Shown piece after piece: positions 50,933 to 61,030 of a stretch of 64,000 nt of DNA (positions are counted from its first letter, which is position 1; each line of letters opens with the position of its first letter). The notes under the pieces are model-generated. The model did not search any database. It was not told the origin of the DNA and saw nothing but the letters and a program-made list of their open reading frames with translations. The stretch covers positions 960,001 through 1,024,000 of the forward strand of contig CAVOGR010000001.1 of the NCBI GenBank assembly GCA_963695555.1, in the 5' to 3' direction. The position numbers and the translations under genes were made by a program. Source of the DNA: an uncultured Gemmatimonadales bacterium. Lineage in GTDB: Bacteria > Gemmatimonadota > Gemmatimonadetes > Gemmatimonadales > GWC2-71-9.

Positions 50933-52308
50933 ATGATAGCTCGTTTGGTTGGTCTGTGTGGGGCAGCCGTGCTGTTCTTGGCTGCGCCGCTCGCAGCCCA
51001 GAAAGCAGGAACGATCGAGCTGGGATTCTTCGGTCGCTACACCAACTTCGACCAGTCCCTGCAGGTGGCGGATGGTGGTGGCGCCGGTGGTCGGCTCGGC
51101 ATCTTCGTCGCGCGGAATCTGGAACTCGAAGGGGATGCCTCGTACTCGTCCCTGCCGCGTGAAGGTGGGATCGGCGGACATCTGTCCGCAGTGCCGATTC
51201 ACGCCCGCTTGCTCTACAACTTCCCGGTCGGCCGAGCACTCCGCCTTTCTGCTCGGCGGGGGCTGGACCCACAATGAATACGGCAAGTCGTACAAGGCGA
51301 AGGATGACGGGTTTGGCGGTCTCGCAGGCGTGCGGCTGGGAATGGGTGGCACTGGTGTCCATTCGGTTGGACATCACCGCCGACTACATGAGCTCGCCGG
51401 CCGTCGACACCATCTTCGCCGACGTCGACAACTGGAACTACGGCGTGCAGGCCGGCTTGAGCCTGCTCACCGGCCAGGGGCCACGGGATTCGGATCGTGA
51501 CGGTATCACCGACGAGTTCGACCGGTGTCCCAACACCCCGCGTGGCGCTGTGGTGGACTCCAACGGCTGTCCCGACAGCGACGGAGACGGTGTCTTCGAT
51601 CTGACGGATCAGTGTGCCAATACGCCGGCCGGTGACCGCGTCGATGCCCGCGGCTGCTCGTTGCCCAAGGATGCAGACGGCGACGGCGTGGTGGATTCGG
51701 CCGATCGCTGCCCGAACACACCGGCTGGTGACGCGGTTGATGCGAACGGCTGCTCGTTGCCCAAGGATGCCGATGGCGACGGTGTGGTGGATTCGGCCGA
51801 TCGCTGCCCGAACACCCCACGTGGTACGGCGGTGGACGCCAGTGGCTGCCCGATTCCGCAGGACTCCGATAACGACGGCGTGAACGACGACCGCGACCGC
51901 TGCCCGGGCACGCCCGCCGGGGTCCAAGTCGACGCCGTAGGCTGCCGGATCCTGTTCCAGGAGCGGCAGACCACCTTGATTCTCGAGGGCGTGAACTTCG
52001 AGACTGGCAAGTCCGCTCTGACGGATGCCGCCCGAGCGATCCTGCTCACCGTGGCGCAGTCGTTGGTTGCCAACCCGGATATTCGGGTGGAGGTCGGTGG
52101 CCACACGGACATCACCGGTTCCCGGGCCTTGAACATGCGGTTGTCGCAAGCCCGTGCTGAATCGGTGCAGCAGTTCCTGACTCAGAACGGCGTGAGTGCC
52201 AATCGGCTCTCGGCTCGAGGGTATGGGCCGGACAAGCCGGTCGCCACGAACAACACGCGCGCGGGTCGGGCGCAGAACCGTCGGGTGGAGCTTACCCGTC
52301 AGAACTAG
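50933..52308 (+). CDS. OmpA-family outer-membrane protein (beta-barrel, TSP3-like repeats, OmpA C-terminal domain); two frameshifts (~51235, ~51350)
   Basis: AGGAG RBS, signal peptide, barrel strands over three frames, DxDGDGVxDxxDxCPNTP repeats, GHTD...LSQARA...NRRVE. Confidence 0.85.
51487..51945 (+). repeat. Five TSP3-like Ca-binding repeats, two nearly identical with 96-bp period
   Basis: ggctgctcgttgcccaaggatgc...cgctgcccgaacac at 51652 and 51748. Confidence 0.85.
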
Positions 52309-52323
52309 GAAGTAGTGGGGCCG

Positions 52324-52359
52324 GGTTGCATCGGATCTCATCTGAGGTCCGATGCAACC
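52324..52359 (+). terminator. Long hairpin after ompA-like gene
   Basis: GGTTGCATCGGATCTCA-TC-TGAGGTCCGATGCAACC. Confidence 0.55.
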
Positions 52360-52549
52360 GCGGCACCGCCCCCAATCCCACATTCGCTGGCAGCTGGAAC
52401 ACGTTGCTCACCGTAACGCGCGGGGCAACATGCAAGGTGGAGTGTGCGTAGGGCAGGGACAACGCGGGGCTCTGAGCCGGGCAACCGGCAATGCCGTGAG
52501 TCCGTACAGCGATTGAGGATCGACAACGAACGTTCGACAAGGAGATTGA

Positions 52550-53296
52550 ATGATGAGGCAGTTTGTGCGTGGATGTGCGTTGGGGGTCGCCCTCTTGGTG
52601 GGTGCGCTCCCGTCGGTGGCTCGCGGGCAGGACGAGCCCCCGCCGCCGGTCCAATTCACCGGTGACCTGGGTTTTGTCAACACGGCTGGCAACAGCGAAG
52701 TCACCACCTTGAACGTCGGCGAGCGCCTGACCTACCGGACGGACGGGTGGGTGTTGAGCGAGTTCTTCAACATTATTTACGGCAAGACGGATGGAACGGA
52801 GAGCACTAGCCTCTGGAAGGCCGGAGTGCGGGTGGACCGGGACATTACCCCGCGCCTGGCCGCGTACGCATTTGCCGGCTGGGAGCGCAACAAATTCGCC
52901 GGGATCTCACGCCGTTTCGACGAAGGCGTGGGGCTGGCGTACAAGGTGCTCATGGGTCCGAAGAGCGTGCTCGACTTCGAGGCCGGCGTCGCATTGAACC
53001 AACAACGCTCGACCCTCGTCGGTGCGGCAGACAACAACTTCACGTCCGGCCGGGCCGCAGGCCTCTATCGCTACAACTTCTCGGAATCGGCCTTTATCAG
53101 CCAGCTAGTGGAGTTCTTGCCGAATTTCGAGCTGTCGGACGATTACCGGGTCAATAGCGAGACTGCGCTCGTCGCGTCATTATCGAAGTCGATCGCACTC
53201 AAATTGGGATATGTCATTCGCTTTGATAACCTGCCGGAGCCGGGGTTCAAGGATACCGATCGCATCTTCACGAGCGGCATCCAGGTGAACTTCTAG
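52550..53296 (+). CDS. DUF481 family outer-membrane beta-barrel protein
   Basis: Signal peptide, TAGNSE, amphipathic strands, C-terminal Phe. Confidence 0.8.
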   Translation: MMRQFVRGCALGVALLVGALPSVARGQDEPPPPVQFTGDLGFVNTAGNSEVTTLNVGERLTYRTDGWVLSEFFNIIYGKTDGTESTSLWKAGVRVDRDITPRLAAYAFAGWERNKFAGISRRFDEGVGLAYKVLMGPKSVLDFEAGVALNQQRSTLVGAADNNFTSGRAAGLYRYNFSESAFISQLVEFLPNFELSDDYRVNSETALVASLSKSIALKLGYVIRFDNLPEPGFKDTDRIFTSGIQVNF

Positions 53297-53354
53297 GGTG
53301 GCAGGACTTGGTTCCTGGAGCAGCGTGTGGTTCGCGCAGAAGGAGGTTCGTGCG

Positions 53355-53759
53355 GTGGCTAGTTTGGGAACGATTGACGGTGTTGGACCGCAGGGTGCGC
53401 GGAAGCTACGGGCAGCAGGCATTCGCACCACCCATTCGCTTCTCGGGAAGGGTGCGACGCGACAGGGCCGGAGGGAGATTTCCGCACAGTGTGGACTCAC
53501 GGAAATGCAGGTCCTCCAGCTGGTCAATCACGCCGATCTCTTTCGCATTCGAGGGGTGGGCCGAGAATACGTCGAGCTGCTCGAAGCTGCCGGCGTCTCG
53601 ACCGTGGTCGATCTTTCGTTGCGAACTGCCGACACTTTGCACCAGAGGCTGATGAAGGTGAACACCAAGCGGCAGCTGGTGCGCAAGGTCCCGACCTTGG
53701 CCCAGGTCCGTGTCTGGGTCTCATCCGCCAAGCAATTGCCACGGGCGGTGAAGTACTAG
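53355..53759 (+). CDS. DUF4332 family protein
   Basis: IDGVGP..KLRAAGI, ADLFRIRGVG, LLEAAGV; AGGAGG RBS. Confidence 0.8.
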   Translation: MASLGTIDGVGPQGARKLRAAGIRTTHSLLGKGATRQGRREISAQCGLTEMQVLQLVNHADLFRIRGVGREYVELLEAAGVSTVVDLSLRTADTLHQRLMKVNTKRQLVRKVPTLAQVRVWVSSAKQLPRAVKY

Positions 53760-53876
53760 CACGTCAATGTTGTCTCGAAGCATCCACGGCCTCAAGGAGT
53801 GGCGCATGCGCTTCTTGGGGCCGTGCCGCATACCTTTCTGTGGTATCTCCAAGGGGGCCGGGACGTGGCAGCCGCC

Positions 53877-54527
53877 GTGGTCAAGATCAAGATCTGCTGC
53901 ATCACGAGTCAGGCCGAGGCGGACCTAGCCATACGCCATGGCGCGCATGCCCTGGGACTCGTCTCCGCCATGCCGAGTGGTCCCGGGGTCATTCCCGAAC
54001 CGCGAATCGCTGAGATCGTGGCGCAGGTGCCAACGTCGATCGACACGTTTCTGCTGACGTCGGCCGTCGATCTGGAAACGCTCGCGGCCCAACAGGCCCG
54101 GACCGGCGCAAACACGCTGCAGCTCTGCGACCGCGTGCCGTCTGAGACACTGGGCGTGCTTCGGCATCGGCTTCCTCGGCTGCGGCTGGTCCAGGTCATC
54201 CATGTCACCGGACCCGAGGCTGTGGAGCAAGCACTCGAGGTCGCCTCTCTGGTCGATGCCGTCCTGCTCGACTCCGGCCAACCGGATGCGCCGATCAAGG
54301 AGCTGGGTGGAACCGGTCGCATCCATGACTGGGCCCTGAGCAGGGAGGTCGTGTCCCGAGTTCCGGTGCCCGTCTACTTGGCCGGGGGGTTGAGCGCGGA
54401 GAACGTCGCTGATGCGATTCGGGCCGTGCAGCCCTTTGGGATCGACGTGTGCTCCGGCGTCCGGAGGGCCGGACGACTGGATGCGGGGAGACTCCAGGCG
54501 TTCTTCGACGCCGTCCTTTGCGCGTGA
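53877..54527 (+). CDS. trpF: Phosphoribosylanthranilate isomerase-like protein
   Basis: KIKICCI, LLDS, GGTGRIHDW, LAGGL, DVCSGV; start uncertain. Confidence 0.8.
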   Translation: MVKIKICCITSQAEADLAIRHGAHALGLVSAMPSGPGVIPEPRIAEIVAQVPTSIDTFLLTSAVDLETLAAQQARTGANTLQLCDRVPSETLGVLRHRLPRLRLVQVIHVTGPEAVEQALEVASLVDAVLLDSGQPDAPIKELGGTGRIHDWALSREVVSRVPVPVYLAGGLSAENVADAIRAVQPFGIDVCSGVRRAGRLDAGRLQAFFDAVLCA

Positions 54528-54737
54528 CAATGATGAACCGGAGCCCTGCCGGCCATCGCGGTCCCTGTTGGCCGATCGGATGGGATTGTTATCTTCCTTC
54601 ACCCTTCGCCGTGGGCACCGTGCCGCCCGAGCTTCGGACGGCGATCGGGGCAAGGCCCGAAGGTGCATTAGCGGGCCTCATGCCCGGCGAGATTCGTCCC
54701 AACTGAAGATCCGTACCCTCATTCACGGAGTTGTGCC

Positions 54738-55214
54738 ATGCAGCTGTCGTCGCAAAAGACATTCCTAATCGGCGCGATTCTCGCGCTTGCCGTTGGCGTT
54801 AGCGCCGCGGTGGCGAGCGCAAACCTCCCGGTCTCGTCGGCCGGCTCCATGACGGTATACAAGACGGCGACCTGCGGTTGCTGCTCGAAATGGATCGACC
54901 ACCTCCGCGCAAACGGATTCACCGTCGACGCGAAGGATGTAACCGAAGCGGCCCTGGTCTCGATGAAGCGCGACGTTGGAGTTCCCTCCGCGCTCGAGTC
55001 CTGCCATACCGCCATCGTCGATGGATATGTGGTTGAGGGCCACGTGCCGGCCGATGTCATCCAAGAATTCCTGGACGAACACCCCAAGGCCGTCGGGCTG
55101 GCCGTCCCAGGGATGCCGTTGGGATCGCCCGGCATGGAAAGCGACGTCAAGCAGCCCTACAACGTGCTGGTGTTCGACGCGAGCGGCGCGAGCAAGGTCT
55201 ATCGAAGCCGCTGA
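54738..55214 (+). CDS. DUF411 family metal-binding secreted protein
   Basis: TCGCCSKW, SCHTA, EGHVP, PGMPLGSPGME. Confidence 0.88.
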   Translation: MQLSSQKTFLIGAILALAVGVSAAVASANLPVSSAGSMTVYKTATCGCCSKWIDHLRANGFTVDAKDVTEAALVSMKRDVGVPSALESCHTAIVDGYVVEGHVPADVIQEFLDEHPKAVGLAVPGMPLGSPGMESDVKQPYNVLVFDASGASKVYRSR

Positions 55215-55244
55215 GCCACGGGAGCCGTTCTGGCAGGAGTAGCG

Positions 55245-56867
55245 ATGCTCACTCGCCGGGTGTTCGTTGGTCGAACCGCCGCAGCGGCCGCGGCATTGGC
55301 GTGGCGCATGCCGGCTCCCACCGCGTCGGTTGTCATACGCGGCGGGACCGTGTACGACGGAACCGGCGCTCCGCCCATCCGCGCCGACGTCGCGATCGAC
55401 GGCGACCGGATTCGCGCTGTCGGGACCAACCTTCAGACAACAGGCAGCACAATCATCGACGCGCGCGGCCTCGCCGTCGCCCCCGGTTTCATCGACATCC
55501 ACTCGCACTCCGATCTCGAACTCCTGGTCGAGCCCCGGGCCCACAGCAAGATTCGCCAAGGGGTCACGACGGAGATCATCGGGCAGGACGGGGGGTCACT
55601 CGGGCCGTGGCGCAACGGCCCGCCGCGTGAAGACGATCGCCCCCCTGACGTGACCGAGTTCTTCCAGCGTTTGTCTCGCTCCGGCTCCGCGGTCAACGTA
55701 GCGAGCATGATCGGCGCGGGAACGGTGCGGCATGTGGTCATCGGCGACGTGGACCGGCCGTCAACCGCTGACGAGCTCGATCGAATGGTGGTGCTCGTCA
55801 GGGACGCGGTGGCCAACGGCGCCTGCGGACTCTCGAGCGGCCTCGAGTATGTGCCCGGTGGCTTTGCCGATCTGGCCGAACTCGTGGCCCTCGCCCAACC
55901 CCTCGCGAAGTCCGGGCTCCCATACGCCAGCCACATCAGAAACGAGGACGATCGGCTCCTGGCCGCCGTTGAGGAAGCCCTGGCCGTGGGCCAGGGGGCC
56001 GGGGTGCCGGTACAGATCTCCCATCTCAAGGCCCAGGGGCAGCCGAATTGGTGGAAGGCCGAGCCGGCGCTTCGGGCCATCGAGGCGGCCCGGGCTGCCG
56101 GAGTGGACGCGACCTTCGATCGTTATCCCTACGTGGCGTACAGCACCGGCCTCGGTTCGCTGTTTCCGCTGTGGTCCCGCGATGGTGGAACGGAAGCATT
56201 CCTTGCCAGGCTCGCCGACCCGGCCCTGCGGCCGCAAATCGAGGAAGCCGTCCGAAACAAAGTCGCTCGGCTCGGGTCGTGGGACGCCGTTCAGATCACC
56301 TCGACCCGATCGGACACCTTGGCGTGGACCAGGGGCAGGCGGCTCGGAGCGCTGGCCGCTGAGCGCGGGGTCGATCCGTACCAATTGCTGCTCGAGATTT
56401 CGCGATTGGACCGGAACGGTTCCGGAATGGTGGGATTCGGGATGAGCGAAGAGAACACGGCGCGGATCCTCGCCCACCCGCTGTGTATGATCTGTTCCGA
56501 CGGCTCGGCGCTGGCGGTGGACGGGCCGCTCGCCGAAGGATCACCTCATCCCCGGTCGTTCGGCACGTTCCCGCGGGTGTTGGGATGGTACACGCGGGAT
56601 CAAAGCGTGATGCCGCTCGAGACCGCGGTGCACAAGATGACCGGCTTGCCGGCGGCCAGAGTGCGGCTCCAAGATCGGGGGGGCATCCGAGCCGGTGCCT
56701 ATGCGGACATCGTCGTGTTCGATCCGGTAACCGTGGCCGACCGCGCAACATTCGAGAATCCCTTCCAATACCCGGTCGGCATCCGCCATGTGATGGTGAA
56801 TGGGATGCTGGTGATCCGTGACGAGGAGCACACCGGCGCCCTGCCTGGAAGACCGCTCAGACCCTAA
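55245..56867 (+). CDS. N-acyl-D-amino-acid deacylase (amidohydrolase) with Tat signal
   Basis: TRRVFV, PGFIDIHSHSD, SHIR, SHLK, CSDG, HPRSFGTFPR. Confidence 0.88.
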   Translation: MLTRRVFVGRTAAAAAALAWRMPAPTASVVIRGGTVYDGTGAPPIRADVAIDGDRIRAVGTNLQTTGSTIIDARGLAVAPGFIDIHSHSDLELLVEPRAHSKIRQGVTTEIIGQDGGSLGPWRNGPPREDDRPPDVTEFFQRLSRSGSAVNVASMIGAGTVRHVVIGDVDRPSTADELDRMVVLVRDAVANGACGLSSGLEYVPGGFADLAELVALAQPLAKSGLPYASHIRNEDDRLLAAVEEALAVGQGAGVPVQISHLKAQGQPNWWKAEPALRAIEAARAAGVDATFDRYPYVAYSTGLGSLFPLWSRDGGTEAFLARLADPALRPQIEEAVRNKVARLGSWDAVQITSTRSDTLAWTRGRRLGALAAERGVDPYQLLLEISRLDRNGSGMVGFGMSEENTARILAHPLCMICSDGSALAVDGPLAEGSPHPRSFGTFPRVLGWYTRDQSVMPLETAVHKMTGLPAARVRLQDRGGIRAGAYADIVVFDPVTVADRATFENPFQYPVGIRHVMVNGMLVIRDEEHTGALPGRPLRP

Positions 56868-56910
56868 CGGCCATGACGGCCCCCACATCACGATCAGCGG
56901 CACAACTCCG

Positions 56911-57903
56911 TCAAGGAACCACGGCGCGGCCAATCGTGTTGGCATCGGTACCAAACCAAATGGTGCGTGTTGGCTGGTGAAACACCATGTGGCGCACCGA
57001 GCCGCCGCCGCTGGGGATGGCCGTCACGCTAAAGAATTGCTCCGTCTTCGGATCGAATCCAACCAGGCGGTTGGGCCGGGGGCCGGTTTCGACGAACCAC
57101 AGCCTGTCGAGATGGTCCACGGCCATGGCATACGGCAGCGAGGCGGCGCCACCCGGCGAGGCCCACTCCCGGACGGCTCCCGAGGCGGGATCCAACTGGC
57201 CAAGAAACCCGCGCGAATAATCCACATACCACACCATACCGTCGGAGGTCACGGCGATGCGACGCGGCCGGGCCCGTTCGTTCGGGAGCGGGAAGAGACG
57301 GAGCTTCATCGTCTCCGGGTCGATGGTGGCAATGGCGTTGGTACCGAAGGTAGCGATCCACGGCCGGTTCCTCCTGTCGACCACGATGCCGTACGGGCGG
57401 GCGCTCGGTACCGGGACCGGCACGATGGTGACATCGTTGGTCTTCGGATCGAATCGGGCGATGACGTTGCCCTGCTGGGCGGTGAACCAGCCGATGCCCA
57501 TGCCGTCGAAGATGAGGGTGTGCGGATCGCGGGGCTCGCCGTCGGGCATGGGAACGGTGGTGACCGTTCCGGTAGCAGGGTCGAGCCTGCCCAGATTGGC
57601 CTGGCGGTTTCCGGTGTACCACATGGCGCCATCCGGCCCCTGCACCACGTTGTGCGGTCCCGCTCCGTCCGGAAGCGGGAAGCGCCGGAACTGGCCGGTG
57701 GCCTCGTTCAAGAGGCCCACGTAATCTCCCTGTTGCCCGACGAACCAGATCCGGCCGTCCCGATCGACGAAGGGATCGCGCGGCCGGGTCCCGGGCCACG
57801 GAACGAGCCATTCCTGGATCGTGACGGTGTCCGGCGCTGCCGGCTCAGGTGACTGAACGGGCGCGAACGGGAGCGTGCAGAAAGGCAGGAGGGCGGCGAG
57901 CAT
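56911..57903 (-). CDS. Virginiamycin B lyase (Vgb)-like beta-propeller
   Basis: Repeated GxxW(F/Y) blades, GPH, DPH, RPYG; GAGG RBS, signal peptide. Confidence 0.8.
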   Translation of the reverse strand: MLAALLPFCTLPFAPVQSPEPAAPDTVTIQEWLVPWPGTRPRDPFVDRDGRIWFVGQQGDYVGLLNEATGQFRRFPLPDGAGPHNVVQGPDGAMWYTGNRQANLGRLDPATGTVTTVPMPDGEPRDPHTLIFDGMGIGWFTAQQGNVIARFDPKTNDVTIVPVPVPSARPYGIVVDRRNRPWIATFGTNAIATIDPETMKLRLFPLPNERARPRRIAVTSDGMVWYVDYSRGFLGQLDPASGAVREWASPGGAASLPYAMAVDHLDRLWFVETGPRPNRLVGFDPKTEQFFSVTAIPSGGGSVRHMVFHQPTRTIWFGTDANTIGRAVVP

Positions 57904-58032
57904 GTGTGTTTCACCTCAGGGATAGATCGGCTAATGTTAGGGAGTCCGTTGCGCAACCTGCAAGGTGGTTCGCCAATCTTCCAGCGGCGGGCTGAACCCA
58001 TTCCGGGCACGCGACCACCACGCGAGGATGAC

Positions 58033-58689
58033 ATGAAGTCACCAGTTCCAATGCACCTGGCCCTCATATCGCTCATCTCGCTGGCCGGCTGTGCGGCCCG
58101 CCAGTCGGGCCAGGGCCGGGAGTGCGCCAAGGTGGCAAGCGGCACCGAGCTGCCCTCGAGTGTTCACGCCCGGGATTTGGCCGGGTCGTTTCGGATCGCC
58201 ATGGTTGGAGAGTCGGCGGACTTCGATGGCAGGCGCATCGAAGGCACGCTCGATCTCCTGCCGCAGGATAGCGCTCTCCAGTCGCTCGAGCTGTTTGCCG
58301 GAAGTCCGGTGAGCGGGGCCACGATGCCGCTCCATGGGGCTCTGGACGCCGCAATCGAACAGGTCGGTGGGGTGCGCGTCGGCGACGCGACGAGGCGGGA
58401 CCCGATGCAGCCCGGCGTGGCGGTGCTCGAGCAGACCATGGCCGGCGCAAACAAATCGGCCCCCAGCATCACGCTACGGGTTGGCGCCGACGCCAATCGG
58501 CGGGACATGGTCCGGTTCGACGGCGGTTTCATGGCGCTGTACGTCAAGGAGATCACCGCGGACGGATTCCGCGGGGACTGGTCGAGCGGCAGTCGGGGCC
58601 CCACACATGTCGGGCACTTCTGTGCCAATCGCGTGCGGCACGACGGCACTTCCGGTGAGGGTCTCGACACGCCCCCATCTGACCCGTAA
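58033..58689 (+). CDS. Hypothetical lipoprotein
   Basis: Lipobox LAGC; GAGG RBS; C-terminal FRGDW...GHFCA. Confidence 0.65.
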   Translation: MKSPVPMHLALISLISLAGCAARQSGQGRECAKVASGTELPSSVHARDLAGSFRIAMVGESADFDGRRIEGTLDLLPQDSALQSLELFAGSPVSGATMPLHGALDAAIEQVGGVRVGDATRRDPMQPGVAVLEQTMAGANKSAPSITLRVGADANRRDMVRFDGGFMALYVKEITADGFRGDWSSGSRGPTHVGHFCANRVRHDGTSGEGLDTPPSDP

Positions 58690-58701
58690 CTAGGAGACAC
58701 A

Positions 58702-59001
58702 ATGGCACGGCAACGGTTGTCGGATGCTGACGTTCAGGCGCAACTCAACGAGGTGGCGCGGTGGGAGGTTGTCGAGGGGAAGCTGCACCGCGAATTCCGG
58801 TTCACGAATTTCGTCGAGGCCTTCGGGTTCATGGCGCAGGTGGCGTTGCTCGCGGAACGGCGGGACCATCACCCGGAATGGTCGAATGTGTACAATCGGG
58901 TGACCATCGATCTCACGACTCACGACGCGGGCGGCCTCACGGCGCTCGACTTCGACTTGGCTCGGTCGGTTGACCAGGCCTTCGAAACCCGGCACGGCTA
59001 G
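58702..59001 (+). CDS. phhB: Pterin-4-alpha-carbinolamine dehydratase
   Basis: [27 protein letters not shown]. Confidence 0.9.
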   Translation: MARQRLSDADVQAQLNEVARWEVVEGKLHREFRFTNFVEAFGFMAQVALLAERRDHHPEWSNVYNRVTIDLTTHDAGGLTALDFDLARSVDQAFETRHG

Positions 59002-59053
59002 TCCGGGTGTTGCCGGATGTCTGATTGGCTCCTTCACTCGGGGGAAGAGACCC

Positions 59054-59563
59054 ATGGCGCAGATCATCGATCGCATGATGGGCGCAGCGTTTTTGAACGT
59101 TGCCACGTATGAGGAGGTCGAAGCCGATACCACCGCGACAAGCCAGGCGGCCATAGTCGTCCTGCTGGGCGCCATCGCGCAAGCCATCGGCGGCATCGGG
59201 CACGGCGGCACCGGCATCATCGTGGGCGCGATAGCAGCATTGCTGGGATGGCTCGTGTGGTCCGGCATTACCTACCTCATTGGTGACAAACTCCTCGGCG
59301 GCACCGCCACGTGGGGAGAGCTGTTGCGGACGCTCGGGTTCGCCCAGGCCCCCCAGGTGCTGGTCGTGCTCGCGGTCATTCCACTGGTTGGCGGTCTCGT
59401 CCGGGCGGCCGTGGTTATTTGGGTGTTGGTCGCGGGCGTCATCGCCATTCGGCAGGCGTTGGATTTCAGTACCGGCAAGGCACTCGCCACGGCACTCTTG
59501 GGCTGGCTGGCAATCGCAATTCCCGCAGCCATCCTCGGCGGCGCGATGGGCTGGGGCCGCTGA
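59054..59563 (+). CDS. YIP1-like membrane protein
   Basis: YEEVEAD, LLRTLGFAQAP, IRQALD; several TMs. Confidence 0.75.
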   Translation: MAQIIDRMMGAAFLNVATYEEVEADTTATSQAAIVVLLGAIAQAIGGIGHGGTGIIVGAIAALLGWLVWSGITYLIGDKLLGGTATWGELLRTLGFAQAPQVLVVLAVIPLVGGLVRAAVVIWVLVAGVIAIRQALDFSTGKALATALLGWLAIAIPAAILGGAMGWGR

Positions 59564-59791
59564 CACATCGCTGAGGGCTCGGATCCGCGGCGCCGGGCCC
59601 GCCGCCGGTGGTCTCCAGCCGCGGCCTCTGCCGCTGGGCCGATTGCCCTGGTCCAGGATTCGGATTCCCGCGTCTCCAATCAGGATTGCGGGAGCGCCCT
59701 TCATCCAGGCCTAGACGTCAGAGGCCACCTCCTGGTCGGAGCGGGCAGCCTGGCCGCTCAACAGGAAGCGGCCGGGAAATTGTTGCCGCCC

Positions 59792-59932
59792 AATGACCCC
59801 GGGAGCGTGGATGGCGTGATTGGGACCGGCACGATGCGCGCGGTGACTGCCTACCAGCGTGCCAAGGGCCTGCCCGTCGATCCCTATCTCAATGTGGCCA
59901 CGGTGAAGTCGCTTGGAATCGCGCTTCGCTAG
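59792..59932 (+). pseudogene. Remnant of a peptidoglycan-binding (PG_binding_1-like) domain
   Basis: NDPGSVDGVIGTGTMRAVTAYQRAKGLPVDPYLNVATVKSLGIALR*; no credible upstream start. Confidence 0.6.
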
Positions 59933-59957
59933 GAGCCGGAGTAGTCGTACTAGTGCC

Positions 59958-59995
59958 AACCAGGGGCACAGTGCTCACGCGCTGTGTCCCTGGTT
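59958..59995 (+). terminator. Hairpin after PG-binding remnant
   Basis: AACCAGGGGCACAGTG...CGCTGTGTCCCTGGTT followed by AGCTTT. Confidence 0.55.
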
Positions 59996-60129
59996 AGCTT
60001 TGGGGCTGAGACGTGGGGTGCTACTGGCGCCCGCGTCGGTTGCCCTTAGCTTTGTCGAAGCCCCCTGGAGCGGCGGTCAGTCTCGAGGGGATCATGGTGC
60101 CTGATCGGATCCTGCGAGGCATTGAAACA

Positions 60130-60543
60130 ATGAAGAACGACGTTGTAGCACATTTCCTCGACGGTCGACTGGTGAAGGGCACGAGTTTGGACGTCGCGCC
60201 GAACCGGCCAAAGTGCCATGTCAAAACGAATGAATCGATGGTCGAGGTCGAGCTGGCGAAGCTCAAGGCGCTGTTCTTCGTGCGCGATATCGACGGAGAC
60301 CGCGAATACTCGGAATCATTGACTGTGGATCCCGCAGACATGCGGCTTCGTGGTGCCAAGGGAATCGAAGTCACCTTCCACGATGGCGAGCGCTTCGTGG
60401 GGCTCACCAACCGCTTCCCACCGAATCGGCCGTTTTTTTTCGTCCTGCCGATCGATGCCAAGAGCAACAACATCCGCGTGCTGGTGAATCGGTTTGCGGT
60501 CGAGACCATCAAGGAGCATGTGCCGGCGGGTTTGGAAGGCTGA
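60130..60543 (+). CDS. Conserved hypothetical protein (DUF6982-like)
   Basis: VVAHFLDGRLVKG, LKALFFVRD, VTFHDGE, FFVLP..SNNIRV. Confidence 0.7.
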   Translation: MKNDVVAHFLDGRLVKGTSLDVAPNRPKCHVKTNESMVEVELAKLKALFFVRDIDGDREYSESLTVDPADMRLRGAKGIEVTFHDGERFVGLTNRFPPNRPFFFVLPIDAKSNNIRVLVNRFAVETIKEHVPAGLEG

Positions 60544-60614
60544 ACATGAGAGGGCGGGTTTAGCCAGGGCGCGCCTGACATCCACTGTCGGGAGCAACCG
60601 GGGAGCAGACGGGA

Positions 60615-60989
60615 ATGGTTGAACTCTCGTTCGGACCTGGAGTGCTGATCCTCGATGTCCAAGGCTGGAGTAAGCTTTGGTCCCTCAAGAGTCGCCTCGA
60701 AATCCCCTTCGAGAACATCCGAGGTGCCCGAGCCGACCCGAGCGTCGCCGGTGGGTGGTGGAAGGGCATCCGCGCCCCCGGCACCCACATTCCGGGCGTG
60801 GTCGTCGCGGGAACCTTCTATCAGGACGGCAAACGCATCTTCTGGGACGTCCGTGATGCCGAGCGGACTATCGTCATCGATTTGGTAGATGACCGCTACG
60901 ATCAGCTGATTGTCGAAGTGGCAAATCCCGCAGCAGCGATTGCCAAGATCGAGTCGGTCGTGCCGACGGGAGGCGACGCGCGCTCCTGA
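60615..60989 (+). CDS. Conserved hypothetical protein (PH-like)
   Basis: RAPGTHIPGVVVAGTF, FWDV, YDQLIVEVANP. Confidence 0.7.
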   Translation: MVELSFGPGVLILDVQGWSKLWSLKSRLEIPFENIRGARADPSVAGGWWKGIRAPGTHIPGVVVAGTFYQDGKRIFWDVRDAERTIVIDLVDDRYDQLIVEVANPAAAIAKIESVVPTGGDARS

Positions 60990-61030
60990 CGCGCGGCATT
61001 CGCTCCACACCTGACCTCTGAGGACCTCCA

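Noticed and set aside
56911..57903. Streptogramin resistance gene
   Set aside because: Only a fold-level resemblance; Vgb-like propellers are widespread, and this one is apparently secreted with no mobile context.
59561..59932. Selenocysteine or stop read-through from the YIP1-like gene into the in-frame PG-binding remnant
   Set aside because: The frame is open, but the intervening translation looks non-coding, no SECIS-like hairpin was recognised, and the YIP1 protein ends naturally.
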